Shown: positions 25,699 to 38,693 of the stretch, piece after piece
How the letters are laid out: each line of letters opens with the position of its first letter
Numbering within the stretch: the stretch's first letter is position 1
NCBI GenBank assembly: GCA_951406725.2
Contig: OX597814.1
Coordinates: 193,192,001 to 193,256,000 of the forward strand
DNA from: Octopus vulgaris
Taxonomy: Eukaryota
Direction of reading: 5' to 3'
Length of the DNA: 64,000 bases
Position numbers and translations under genes: made by a program
The notes under the pieces: model-generated
Told to the model about the DNA's origin: nothing
Seen by the model: the letters and a program-made list of their open reading frames with translations, nothing else
Databases searched by the model: none

Positions 25699-26105
25699 AG
25701 GCAACGACCTGGCAGAAACGTTAGCACGCCGGGCGAAAGGCTTAGCAGTACTTCGTCTGCCGCTACGTTCTGAGTTCAAATTCCGCCGAGGTCGACTTTG
25801 CCTTTCATCCTTTCGGAGTCGATTAAATAAGTACCAGTTACGCACAGGGGTCGATGTAATCGACTTAATCCCTTTGTCTGTCCTTGTTAGTCCCCTCTGT
25901 GTTTAGCCCCTTGTGGGTAGTAAAGAAATAGGTATTTCGGCTGTCTTTACGTTCTGAGTTCAAATTCTGCCGAGGTTGGCTTTGCCTTTCATCCTTTCGG
26001 AGTCGATAAATTAAGTACCAGTTGCGTACTGGGGTCGATCTAATCGACTGGCTCCCCCCCCCCAAAAAAAAAAAATTTCGGGCCTTGTGCCTAGAGTAGA
26101 AAAGA
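25699..26105 (+). mobile_element. SINE family B dimer with TSD
   Basis: Flanking AATATATAATGCCA / AATATATAATGTCA. Confidence 0.9.
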
Positions 26106-26496
26106 ATATAATGTCATTCGAAATAAAGAGTATCCTGGAATAAATATAGAGAATATCCCCGTCATTGAATACATAGACAAACACTAAGACAAGGAATACA
26201 GGTAGAAAAATACCATCAAAACACCAGTTCTTTGTGACAGACGAGAAAATGTATGTACCGTCATAGAGGTCAGTTGATCTGTTGATCTGAATACCTCTTC
26301 GAAAATCAAATAGAAAAAGGATAACTACTGACAACTGTTTCAAAACCACCAGCTTCTATATCTAGACTACAAATTCATATTTATAACAATCATAACAGGT
26401 GCATTTGGTCGTGTGAGCAACTGCCAAAGTGGCAATCTGGCTAAGCTAGTGTTTTCGGAAAAATAAATCAACCATTTAATTTTGCACATTACAAAT

Positions 26497-27116
26497 TGTT
26501 GTGTGGACGCCCCCAAGACGATGAAGTAGACTAGCCCAATACGTAGATATAGAGGGAGAAGCCTAGACGTCAGACTAGAGTAGCAGATTAGCGGTGAGAG
26601 TTGAGTAGAAGGCATCCAAACGTGCGACATAACAGTGGCGACGAGGATTTCGTAGCTCACACAGCCACTGTGTAGTATTACTCTTTACTCTTTTACTCTT
26701 TTACTTGTTTCAGTCATTTGACTGTGGCCATGCTGGAGCACCGCCTTTAGTCGAGCAAATAGACACCAGGACTTATTCTTTGTAAGCCCAGTACTTATTC
26801 TATCGGTCTCTTTTGCCGAACCGCTAAGTTACGGGGACGTAAACACACCAGCATCGGTTGTCAAGCAATGCTGGGGGGGGGACAAACACAGACACACAAA
26901 CATATACACACACACTTATATATATATATACATATATACGACAGGCTTCTTTCAGTTTCCGTCTACCAAATCCACTCACAAGGCATTGGTCGGCCCGGGG
27001 CTATAGCAGAAGACACTTGCCCAAAGTGTCACACAGTGGGACAGAACCCGGAACCATGTGGCTGGTTAGCGAGCTACTTACCACACAGCCACTCCTGCGC
27101 CTATTGCGATATAACA
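26497..27116 (+). mobile_element. Collapsed LTR retroelement: 138-bp LTR, PBS, remnant 3' LTR end
   Basis: TG...CA LTR 26497-26634; PBS TGGCGACGAGGAT 26636-26648; GCGATATAACA end at 27116 matches GCGACATAACA; TSD CAAAT / CAAAC. Confidence 0.65.
26680..27101 (-). mobile_element. SINE family A, full length
   Basis: Complete reverse-complement copy. Confidence 0.92.
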
Positions 27117-27339
27117 CAAACACAATCGATCTGTAAGTGGAACAGTGAAAATATGCAAGACTTTTCTGAAGCTTAAAATCTGGTATTGTTTTTGTTATCT
27201 AAGTTCCAACGATGGTTCTTTGTATCTTTGCTAGAAATCAGCTCTTTCCTCAGAGGAAAGAATCCAAATAACTAAAAACAGGAAGAGAGTAAACAGTTAT
27301 ATCCATATCCATGTGTTCATATTCATTTGTGTGCGTGTA

Positions 27340-27398
<59 letters not shown>

Positions 27399-27834
27399 AT
27401 AATATCTAGATATGTGTATGTATAATGTTAGGGAAAATATATGTGAACGCATATACATATAATATATACTTAGCACATATGTATAATTTTCAAAATATAC
27501 GTATATGCTACATAAATATTTTCTTATACATTAACTTCTCATAAACCCTTACGGGTCTTTACCTTTTTTTGCCATTAAGCTCATTTTTTCCCCATACCTT
27601 ATCGTTTTATCTCCCAAGATGTTATTTTCGACATCCCCGACGATAGAATGATAACCCTGCTTATGCTCTGCATTAAACGACTTTATATCTTTATTCCGTA
27701 CAGCTAATATGACGGGATGGGCGGATGGGATTTAGAAAAGGAGTGAAACGAGTACAGAACTGACTGTTCACTTAGCGTTATTTTCTTAGTACCTACCTGC
27801 TTCCAGGTCGTTGTGCCCTCCGCTCTATCTATCA

Positions 27835-27900
<66 letters not shown>

Positions 27901-27901
<1 letters not shown>

Positions 27902-28046
27902 CCCCTCCCTTTTTTTGTCCTCTTTCTTTCCATTTACGATCCCTTTTGATCGAAAACCAAACCCCCTTCTTTTACCCCAAAAGAAAAGCTCTACCTTGTA
28001 ATTTTGTCCTGTCTGTGTGCAGCCCTGTGTGGCTAATAAAGAAACA
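27901..28046 (+). mobile_element. L1/Tx1-like LINE 3' UTR fragment inside (CTAT)n
   Basis: CGATCCCTTTTGATCG...AAAAGAAAAGCTCTAC...CCCTGTGTGGCTAATAAAGAAA homologous to 46490-46644. Confidence 0.7.
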
Positions 28047-28165
<119 letters not shown>

Positions 28166-28215
28166 GTATCTCTCTCACTCACTCTCTCTCTGTATATATA
28201 TATATATATATATAT

Positions 28216-28669
28216 ACTCTCTTTTACTTGTTTCAGTCATTTGTCTGCGGCCATGCTGGAGCACCGCCTTTAGTCGAGCAAATCGACCCCAGGACTTATT
28301 CTTTGTAAGCCTAGTACTTATTCTATCGGTCTCTTTAGCTGAACCGCTAAGTTACAGGGACGTAAACACACCACCATCGGTTGTCAAGCAATGCTGGGGG
28401 GAAAAACACTGACACAAACACACACACACACACACACACACACGTACATATATATTTCACTTCAGCAATGTAACTACACACGTGCTGTTGGCGATTTCCT
28501 TTTCCTTCTTTGAACCTTTCTCTTTCTCCTTTCCGACGAAGAGCAATGCTCAAAACGTCAATAATTCCTTCCTTTTTACTCAGCGGGAAACTAATACTTT
28601 CCTTTTGCACATCATCTTGTCTGTTATTGCAGATCTTATTGTTCGTTTATTTGAATTGACTATGTATGT

Positions 28670-28708
<39 letters not shown>

Positions 28709-29050
28709 CATACACACATACATACGTATACATATGTATATATATATATATTCTTTTATTCTTTTATTCTTTTACCTGTTACAGTCATTTGACTGCAGCC
28801 ATGCTGGAACACCGCCTTTAGTCGAGCAAATCGACCCAAGGACTTATTCTTTGTAAGCCTAGTACTTATTCAATCGGTCTCTTTTGCCGAACCGCTAAGA
28901 AACCGTTGTTGATGTGCTTACGGGGATGCAAAAGCACCAACAACTGTTGTCAAGCGAATGTGGGTGGACAAACACAGACACACAAATACCTGCATACATG
29001 CATGCATACATACATACATACATACATACATACATACATACATACATACA

Positions 29051-29082
<32 letters not shown>

Positions 29083-29390
29083 CGGAGGGCTTCTTTCAGT
29101 TTCCATCTATCAAATCCACTCAAGGCTTTGATCGGCCCGAGGCTATAGTAGAAGACACCTGCCCAAGTTGCCACGCAGTGGAACTGAACCCGGAACCATG
29201 TGGTTGGGAAGCAAGCTTCTTACCACACAGTCAAAGGAAAAGGAAAACAAAACCAAGGCAGGACGAATATCTCAGGTAATTTAGAATATTTAATTAGAGT
29301 AAGGTGAATCAAAAAAGAAGTAATATATATATGGCGGTGCTCCAGCATGGCCACAGTCATTGGACAGAAACATATAAAAGAATAAAAGAA
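28216..29390. mobile_element. Cluster of SINE family A pieces (28216-28420 minus, 28750-29230 minus, 29330-29390 plus)
   Basis: Body and tail motifs. Confidence 0.85.
28530..28562 (+). ncRNA. Degenerate HHR-like motif in PLE-like remnant (~28460-28660)
   Basis: TTT-CCGACGA-A-GAGC(AAT)GCTC-AAAAC-GTC-AAT; G12 replaced by A; island resembles the reverse complement of the 20340-20532 island. Confidence 0.5.
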
Positions 29391-29879
29391 CATATGCGTA
29401 CATAGCATGTTGGAATATGTATGGAGAGGATCTGCTAGGCTCTTAGACTCTCCTGTCGTTGGACGATGGATGAGGGCTACGCAGATGTTTCGATATAGCG
29501 GTCAAATGCTTGTATTGCACGTAAGCTCACTTACGCCTTCAAATCGGCATTATACAGGTGAGCAAGTGTGCCACACGTCAGATGTCAAAATGATCGCAGA
29601 GCAACGTGAAATAAAGTATTGTCTTTTTTTTTCCAGAACACAATACACCACTCGGGTCTGGCGGGGGTCAAAACAGCGACCGGCAATCGCGAGTGCAACG
29701 CTCTAACGACTTGGCCGTGGGTTGCGTCTTCACACTCATATAAGCGAAATTAACCCGAGTTAAAATAAATCGAAATCAGCGAAGCATGAATTCAAACAAC
29801 AAACGCAAATGCAAATAAAAGTATATAAAAAAAAACAATACAAAAAATGTTTGCTTTTTCTTCTATTTTTTTCCTTTAC

Positions 29880-30270
29880 ACGTTTCAGTTATTAGGTTGC
29901 GGTCATGCTGGAGTACTCTCTTGAAGAATTTTACTCGAACGAATCGACCCTAGTACTTATTATTATTTTTTTTTATAAAAGCCTGGTATTCATTCTGTCG
30001 GGCTTTTTTGCCGAACCGCTAGATTAATAGTAAGCAAGCACACCAACAGCAGTTGTCAAGTGGTGACGGTGGATAAACACAGACACAAAGACACACACAC
30101 GTACATACATACATATATATATAAGACGGATTGCTTTCAATTTCCGCCTACCAAATCCCCTCACAAGGCTTTGGTCGGCCCGAGACACTTGCCCAGATCG
30201 CCATGCAGTGGGACTGAACCCAGAACCAAGTGGTTGTTGGGAAGCAAACTTCTTACCACGCAGCCACAAC
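29880..30270 (-). mobile_element. SINE family A, diverged
   Basis: Reverse-complement head, body and tail. Confidence 0.8.
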
Positions 30271-30662
30271 TCTAGAAATTATCTTTGTTTCGAGAGAAAG
30301 TAATAAAACGCCTGATGGTAACTGTGGTCAACTCAGACTAGGAAGGGGAGATAATTTAAGACTGGTAAATTCTCATAATCTGACGCGTTAATTTTTTTAA
30401 AAAAAGAGCCGCTCGTTTCTGTGAAGACATGAGGAAAGCTATTCATAAGATTTTCTGCCTAATTAGACTTCATCAGCAATTGTTCAAATTTGATTTTAGT
30501 AGACATAAGTCTTAGGTATATACAAATTCCAATAGCCACTCTGCTTTCTCTTACTTTATTTTGCTTGGTTGAATTATGTAGATTGTTGTGTGCCGTAAAA
30601 CGATGTATTTTGTGTGTGTGTGTTTAAGTGTTCTAGGTCATGGAGTTAAGGTAGGAAATCTG

Positions 30663-30705
30663 CTGTGCTGATGACGCCTATTGAGGTAGAAACGTGTGCT
30701 CACAG
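30663..30705 (+). ncRNA. Degenerate HHR motif
   Basis: CTGTG-CTGATGA-CGCCT(ATTG)AGGTA-GAAAC(GTGT)GCT-CACAG; 5-bp stem I; cleavage-site U replaced by C. Confidence 0.6.
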
Positions 30706-30734
30706 TTGTGCTATTGTTTTCATGAATATATATG

Positions 30735-31080
30735 GCTCAGTGGTTAGACGTGAAGGCGTGTGGCTCGACAGTTAGAGCGTCGGGCTCACAATCATGAGGT
30801 AGTGAGTTTGATTCCTGGACAGGACCATGTGCTGTGTTTTTGAGCAAGATACTTTACTTCACGTTGCTCCAATTCACTCAGCTATAAAAATGTGTTGCGA
30901 CGTCACTAGTGCCAAGCTGAATCGGCCTTTGCCTTTCCCTTTGGTGACATCGGTAGTGTGGTGAGGGGTATGCATGGGCGACTGCTGGTCTTCCATAAAC
31001 AACCGTACCCTGACTTGTGCCTCGGATGGTAACATTCTAGGTGCAATCCCATGGTCATTCATGACCGAAAAGGGTCTTTA
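30735..31080 (+). mobile_element. SINE family E
   Basis: GTGAAGGCGTGTGGCTC head, CORE-like segment, tail GCATGGGCGACTGCTGGTCTTCCATAAA; homolog at 38355-38693. Confidence 0.8.
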
Positions 31081-31233
31081 CCCTTCATATATACATATAT
31101 TCTCTCTCTCTCTTTTACTTGTTTCAGTCATTTGACTGCGGCCATGCTGGAGCACCGCCATTAGTCGAGCAAATCGACCCCAGGACTTATTATTTGTAAG
31201 CCTAGTACTTATTCTATCGGTCTCTTTTGTGTG

Positions 31234-31277
<44 letters not shown>

Positions 31278-31966
31278 AGTGTGTGTGTGTATGTATGTAT
31301 TATGTATGTATGTATGTATGTATGTATGTATGTATGTACAAGCAAGGTCATAGGCCCAAAACATTATTGAAAAAACTTGCTGCCATTTATTTTTCAGATT
31401 AGTTACCCATTCAGATTTAAATACTTAATCTTTGAACTGGTATCCACAAAACATTATATATATATACGAAAAATTTATAAAATCTCATAATTCTATGTTA
31501 TCACAACTGCCTGACAAATGGTCACGTGAAACACCGAATAACAGTTTCTGAAGTCTTTCTCAGTTTTAATTAAATAGTATGTGTGTGAGTTAGTGTTCGT
31601 GCATATATGTATGTATTTATATATATATACATATATATATCGACATGTGTGTTGGTGAATAAGGAACATCTATAACAAGACATCATTGAAGGAAATTCGC
31701 TAATCTCATAATTTTATCAGAGACAAAAAAAAATCTCGAAGGAAACCAGTTATGATCTTTGTTGTTAATAGACCTTATCGGAACATCTAAGCTCTTCTTA
31801 TTTTACGAATTACAATGGCATTAATTTCCCGTCGCATCACAATGCTTTTGGTAGATTTACTTTTGACTTCAGCCTTCTGTTTTTTCTCGTTATATTGTCA
31901 TGTGACTATAAATGATTAGGTTGACAATACACTGCCGTTCTTGAATACATATACGTACATACATGG

Positions 31967-32018
<52 letters not shown>

Positions 32019-32081
32019 ATGTATGTATGTATATCCATGTATGGATATGTATGTATGTATATTTATTCAGGAATGACAGTG

Positions 32082-32127
<46 letters not shown>

Positions 32128-32154
32128 AGAGAGAGAGAGAGAGGAGAAAGACAG

Positions 32155-32203
<49 letters not shown>

Positions 32204-32247
32204 ACAGAAAGATGGAGATAAATGTAAAAATATACACATACGCTCAC

Positions 32248-32289
<42 letters not shown>

Positions 32290-32291
<2 letters not shown>

Positions 32292-32480
32292 GCCCGGTTT
32301 CCCGGTTTCTATGGCGTATGTGTTCCCCAGCTGGACGGGACGCCGGTCCATCGCAGCATTACGCATTTTTGCCAGCTGAGTGGCCTGGAGAACACAACGC
32401 GTCGCTCGGTCCAGGAATCGAAACGACAATCTTACGATCATGATGCTGACACCCTAACCACTAGGCCACGCGCCTCCACA
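32290..32480 (-). mobile_element. SINE family D, internally deleted
   Basis: Reverse complement ending CCACGCGCCTCCAC. Confidence 0.85.
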
Positions 32481-32552
32481 TATATACATACACAAATACA
32501 TACACATGTGTATATGCATTTCTTTTAAGTGTTAACACTTTTGATAAATATC

Positions 32553-32621
<69 letters not shown>

Positions 32622-32994
32622 TGTGTATGTGTGTGCGTGTGTGTGTGTGGTGAGGACTTTTACAAACAGCTTTATCGGCTTTTATTTTGTTATGGTGTTG
32701 CTTTTATATTCTGTGTCCTGCGGATCCTCAGCCGAAACGAAGTAGCATTAGGATCTTCTGGATACAGCAGCCTTCAGCCACTCCCTGCCATCTTAAACAA
32801 AGCAAAATACACTGAATAACCATGTTTCTGGATGTGTTATGTCTGAAAGAAATCGACTGGATCGTCACGGTTGGAACACCTCACATGATAGGTTTGCTCG
32901 TTCGGAATTGGTTTACGATGAAACACTAATACAGAGTTTTGTTTTGTTGGACTCCCTTGCTCAGAAACTTCTCTTTTATAATAACACACACACG

Positions 32995-33089
<95 letters not shown>

Positions 33090-33411
33090 CATTTGCAAAC
33101 AATTGACAGATGCAAGCACTACCAACTGAAAACACCGCATACCTGACACTAGCGGGCTTATGGAATCATTCAGGAGAGAATGTGCACTGTTTCGAGGCCT
33201 TCTTGACATCGGCTCCGCTCACTGAGATGTGGTCCCGCTTGCTACATCAATTGATTTCTATATGTGTATGGACCCATCTACGGATTTAGTATATAGAATT
33301 GTGATGAACCATAACTTTGGACCCTGCCATAGGAATACTTGGAATTCTTCTCTAATCTGTGCCAACAGATACCTTATGAAGTATTTTACCCGGATTGGTA
33401 ATGCCTCACTA

Positions 33412-33456
<45 letters not shown>

Positions 33457-34099
33457 TTTGTATTATAAATATATATGTGTGTGCGCGTGTGTGTGCCTGC
33501 ATGTATGTGTGTGTGTATTTGCCTATATGTAGGTAGTGTTTATCGACACTTTAAACTGGGTGTTCTCTAACGACACTGTTATACTTGACAAACAAGTGCC
33601 CACCACTGACGAGATTCAATAAGATCGAAATCATGAAGCTAGGGTGATAGGAGTTATCTCCTGCTGGTAATAGATATCGAGTGCGGAAAGCGCACTGAAT
33701 AAACCAGCTGAAGGAGATGTCTTCCTGAGGTTAAAATAGCAGTACTGTCATCTCTTAGAAAATACCCACGTTAAAGTGGCGATAAACACTACCTTCTTTG
33801 GTTCGTATACGGATCCTATCTCGAACAGAGATTTTCTAACGGATTATATATCGTTAGTTTGGACAGAAGTAGGAGTGCTCGGTATAAATCATAGTTTAGA
33901 AGTTTAAAATATAACAAAACAAACAAGCTAACAGGTTTACTGCTCATAGACAGATTCAGAGTTTCCTAGTGAAAATATGGTGTTTCACAAACTCATAGCA
34001 GCATTGCTGAGTGGATAAATGTAATTGAGGAAAATCTCATGGTGTTATCACGAAACTTAGAGACTGCCAAGAAGTAGTTTGTCATTTTGTATTTTTTTG

Positions 34100-34163
<64 letters not shown>

Positions 34164-34178
34164 AACGTGCACTCAAAC

Positions 34179-34560
34179 GTGGAGGCGCAATGGCCCAGTG
34201 GTTAGGGCAGCGGACTCGCGGTCGTAGCATCGCGGTTTCGATTCCCAGACCGGGCGTTGTGAGTGTTTATTGAGCGAAAACACCTAAAGCTCCACGAAGC
34301 TCCGGCAGGGGATGGTAGTGATCCCTGCTTTACTCTTTCACCACAACTTTCTCTCACTCTTACTTCCTGTTTCTGTTGTACCTGTATTTCAAAGGGCCGG
34401 CCTTGTCACTCTGTGTCACGCTGAATATCCCCGAGAACTACGTTAAGGGTACACGTGTCTGTGGAATGCTCAGCCACTTACACGTTAATTTCACGAGCAG
34501 GCTGTTCCGTTGATCGGGCCAACCGGAACCCTCGTCGTCGTAACCGACGGAGTGCTTCCA
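34179..34560 (+). mobile_element. SINE family C, full length
   Basis: Near-identical to 10228-10610. Confidence 0.92.
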
Positions 34561-34573
34561 CTCACACACACAC

Positions 34574-34668
<95 letters not shown>

Positions 34669-35273
34669 CAGAAAAACAAAATCAATACAAAATAGAGTCA
34701 GAGAGGTAGTTCGTGCGTGATCACTCGACCTTTTAGAAATAGCAGCCAAATCTCCCTCAGGTGACACGCAAGCGCCTTAGAGAAAAGAAACGCATTTCGG
34801 ATAATACAGTCCGTGGTACATAATGCATGATGGGCAAAAGTGGAATTTTTTAGATTATATTTCTCGATCAAGGTCGACATGGAGCTGAACAATAATAAAA
34901 AATATCAAAAACTGTAAATAGACAAAAAATGCTTAAAAAAAGAGAAAAAGATGGTGTGGGAGAAGTAAGAGATCCTGAAACAGCCTGGTTTATAGCTACC
35001 ATATTTTCTAATATTTAGTGTCTTGTGTTCCAGCTGCTGTCATTCTTCTTCTTGACTTGCTGCTATAATTAGCAGTACCAGCGTTTCACTGATCCAAACG
35101 ATAAGCTAAGATCCCCGAAGACAAGATTCCAAGAAACATGAAATACATTACCATTCTTCAAAACTAACGTGTTATATCATCATCGTATTAGTATTATTAT
35201 CATCGTTTCTGTTTTTCTTTTCCTTTTCTGTTTCGGTTATCAAATCAGTTTATGCCAGTCTTGCATTTCCAGC

Positions 35274-35274
<1 letters not shown>

Positions 35275-35304
<30 letters not shown>

Positions 35305-35623
35305 CCAGCACCATCATCATTATCATCATCATAAACATCATCATCATCATCATCATCATCACCATCATCGTCATCGTCATCGTCATCGTCATCATCATCA
35401 TCATCATCATCAATTATTTCTTCTTCTTCTTCTTCTTCTTCTTCTTCTTCTTCTTCTTCTTCTTCTTCTTCTACTTCTTCTTCTTCTTCGTCTTCTTCTT
35501 CTTCTTCTTCTTCTTCTTCTTCTTCTTCTTCTTCCGTTTTTTTTTTCATTTTCTTCATTTTCTCCTCTCTGTCCACTATTACCTTCCATTTTTCTCCTTC
35601 ATTCCTTGTTTCTTTTAGGTCAT

Positions 35624-35677
<54 letters not shown>

Positions 35678-35798
35678 ATGTGTGTCTGTATGTGTTTTTG
35701 TGCATGGTAAAAAAAAGTTTGATAAAGAAAGAACTGCTTGCCGCCCACCCCATCTGCCAATCACCAAATGCTCTGTTGCAAATGAATAAGCAAACCAT

Positions 35799-35850
<52 letters not shown>

Positions 35851-35904
35851 TGATGATGATGATGATGATGATGGTGGTGGGGGGGTAGTTGTAGTAGTAG
35901 TAGT

Positions 35905-35983
<79 letters not shown>

Positions 35984-36020
35984 CAAGTAGTAGTAGTAGT
36001 AGTAGTGGTAGTAGTAGAAA
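35275..36020. repeat. Compound microsatellite block (CAT/CGT/CTT, GT, AAT/GAT/GGT/AGT/AAG)
   Basis: Directly visible; source of poly-E/D/H/L/I/Y ORFs. Confidence 0.95.
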
Positions 36021-36542
36021 TAATTAAGAAGAACGGATGAGACCATGCATTATATGTATACGCGTGCGTATAGGCATGTTTTTAAATGAGGCTGCCTGCG
36101 TGCGTGTGTGTGTATATATGGGGATATATGTGTGTGTGTGTGTGTGTGTGTGAAGGTGTTAGTATGTATGATTCAGAAGGGGGGAAACTCAAAAGCCTAG
36201 TCTCTTTCCCACGAAAAAAAGGCTTTTAGGAATGACTCAGACCCGAGGTTGTAGCATTAAATGTGTTTCTGGAAATTCTACATTTTTTCCCTTCATTTTA
36301 TTATTATGTATATATACATGTATTTGTGTGTGTGTATGCATGCATGTATGTTTGTATGCATATATGTGTGTCTATGTATGTATGTATGTATGTATGTATG
36401 TGTGTGTGTGTGTGTATGTGTGTGTATATTTGTATTCATGCACGCATGTATGTTTGTGTGTATGTATGTTTGTATACAGGTATCTATGCCTGTCTACATG
36501 TGCATGTATGCGGGTATGTATGTTTGTATATGTGTAATATGC

Positions 36543-36617
<75 letters not shown>

Positions 36618-36670
36618 AATATATACATGCATATTACAGACACACATACATATACATATTTATATATATA

Positions 36671-36721
<51 letters not shown>

Positions 36722-36740
36722 ATATATATATGTATGTATG

Positions 36741-36772
<32 letters not shown>

Positions 36773-37254
36773 CATACATATATAATGTGTGTGTCAAGAA
36801 AAATCTTAAAATACATATTTAGAAAACACATGCACACAGACAAACGTGCGTACAGATATACACATACTTGTACACGCACACATACACACATGCACACACA
36901 CACACATGCACACACACACACTCATGCACACACACACACACGCGCACATACACACACACAGCAGGCACATACACACACTAGTTGCAGTATCAATAGCGTT
37001 AGTAGCCCCAAGTCCACATCGTTCGTCTCTGCTATAGCGACCATCAGGATTTCATAAGACTGTAGTGAAAGTCTGTTTACTAACTACATTATTATATCTC
37101 ATACAGTAAATACACATCCAGTCTGTAGCGCTGTTACGCTTGTGTCATACAGGTAACCACTGCATATGTCGATGCGAGAGTGCGCCTCATGTCAGTTCTG
37201 ATCAGTTTTGATCAAGCTGACTTATAAGGCGTTTTCACAGTAACCGTCTTTTAT

Positions 37255-38277
37255 CTTTTAGCTTTAAATTGCTTCAGTCATTAGAATGCGGCCATGCTGG
37301 GGCACCGCCTTGAAGAATTTTTGTTCGAAGGAATTGACCCTAGTGCTTTTTATTTATTTATTTATTATTATTATTATTATTGTTATTATTATTATTATTA
37401 TTGTTGCGTTTTTAAGCCTGGTACTTATTTTATCGATTTCTGTACTGAACCGCTAATTTACGGGGACGTAAGCACACCAACAGTGGTTATCAAGCGGTGG
37501 TGGAGGACCAACGTGCACACACACACATACATACGACGGGCTTCTTTCAGTTTCCGTCTAACAAACCCACTCACAAGGCTTTGGTCAGTTCGAGGCTATA
37601 GCAGAAGACTCCTTAAGGCGGCGAGCTGGCAGAATCGTTAGCACGCCGGGCGAAATACTGAGTGGGATTTTGTCTGTCTTTACGTTCTGAGTTCAAATTC
37701 CATCGAGGTCAACTTTGCCTTTCATCCTTTCGAGGTCGATACATTAAGTGCCAGTTGCGTACTGGGATCTATCTAATGGACTGCCCCCTTCCCCAAAAAA
37801 TTCGGGTCTTGTGCCTAGAGTAGTTGGGAAGCAAGCTTCTTATTTCTTTTTTACCCACAAGGGGCTAAACACAGAGAAGACAAACAAGGACAGACAAAGG
37901 GATTAAGTCGATTATATCGACCCCAGTGCGTAACTGGTACTTATTTAATCGACCCCGAAAGGATGAAAAGCAAAGTCGACCTCGGCGGAATTTAAACTCA
38001 CAACGTTACAGCAGATGAAATACCTATTTCTTTATTACCCACAAGGGGCTAAACTTAGAGGGGACAAACAAGGACAGACATAGGTATTAAGTCGATTACA
38101 TCGACCCCAGTGCGTAACTGGTACTTAATTTATCGACCCCGAAAGGATGAAAGGCAAAGTCGACCTCGGCGGAATTTGAACTCACAACGTTAGAGCAGAT
38201 GAAATACCGCTAAGCATTTCGCCCGGCGTGCTAACGTTTCTGCCAGCTCGCCGCCTTATCACACAGCCACTCCTGCC
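37255..38277 (-). mobile_element. SINE family A broken by SINE B insertions (B plus 37617-37825; B dimer minus 37840-38257)
   Basis: A tail/body 37255-37610; A head remnant CACACAGCCACTCCTGC at 38260. Confidence 0.8.
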
Positions 38278-38354
38278 AACTTTTTTAAAATTAGTATTTT
38301 ATACGCCAAGTATTAGTATAAGTACTGAGTACTGATTTTTAAAGATACTTTTGT

Positions 38355-38693
38355 GTGACCCCCTTCGATCAGACACTGACCATGGGTTTGCACCTAGAGA
38401 GTTACTCTCTGAGTCACAAGTCTGGGTAAGGTTGTTTTTATGGAAGACCAGCAGTCGCCCATGCATACCGGCCTCCCCTCTCCACGTCACCAGTGTTATC
38501 CAAGGGTAAGACAAGGGCCGATACAGCTTGGCACATGTGACGTCGCAACTCATTTCTACAGCTGAGTGAACTGGAGCAACGTGAAATAAAGCGTCTTGCT
38601 CATGAACACAACACGCAGCCTAGTCTGGGAATCGAGCTCACAACCTCACGATCGTAAGCTCGATGATCTAACCACTGAGCCACGCGCCTTCAC
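38355..38693 (-). mobile_element. SINE family E
   Basis: Reverse complement of the 30735 family; AGATACT at both flanks. Confidence 0.85.

Larger units (their letters stand above)
25295..27295 (+). pseudogene. Decayed R4/Dong-like (RLE-bearing) LINE 3' region with three nested insertions
   Basis: Fragments TSH-FEGYAF, VEDITHVISSCPKMSPRYYLP (CCHC knuckle end), DRRENVCTVIEVS..DLN, LLYLDYKFIFITIITGAFG, SVSGTVKICKTFLKLK; stops and frameshifts. Confidence 0.75.

Noticed and set aside
33090-33415. Possible LINE endonuclease relic on the minus strand (DHISVS-like)
   Set aside because: Too degenerate to support without an HMM search
35250-35798. 182-aa acidic Glu/Asp-rich ORF
   Set aside because: Made of CTT/CAT/GT microsatellites that are open in several frames
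36263-37057. Longest ORF (264 aa)
   Set aside because: Dinucleotide/tetranucleotide repeat translation (YIYI, CVCV, HTHT)
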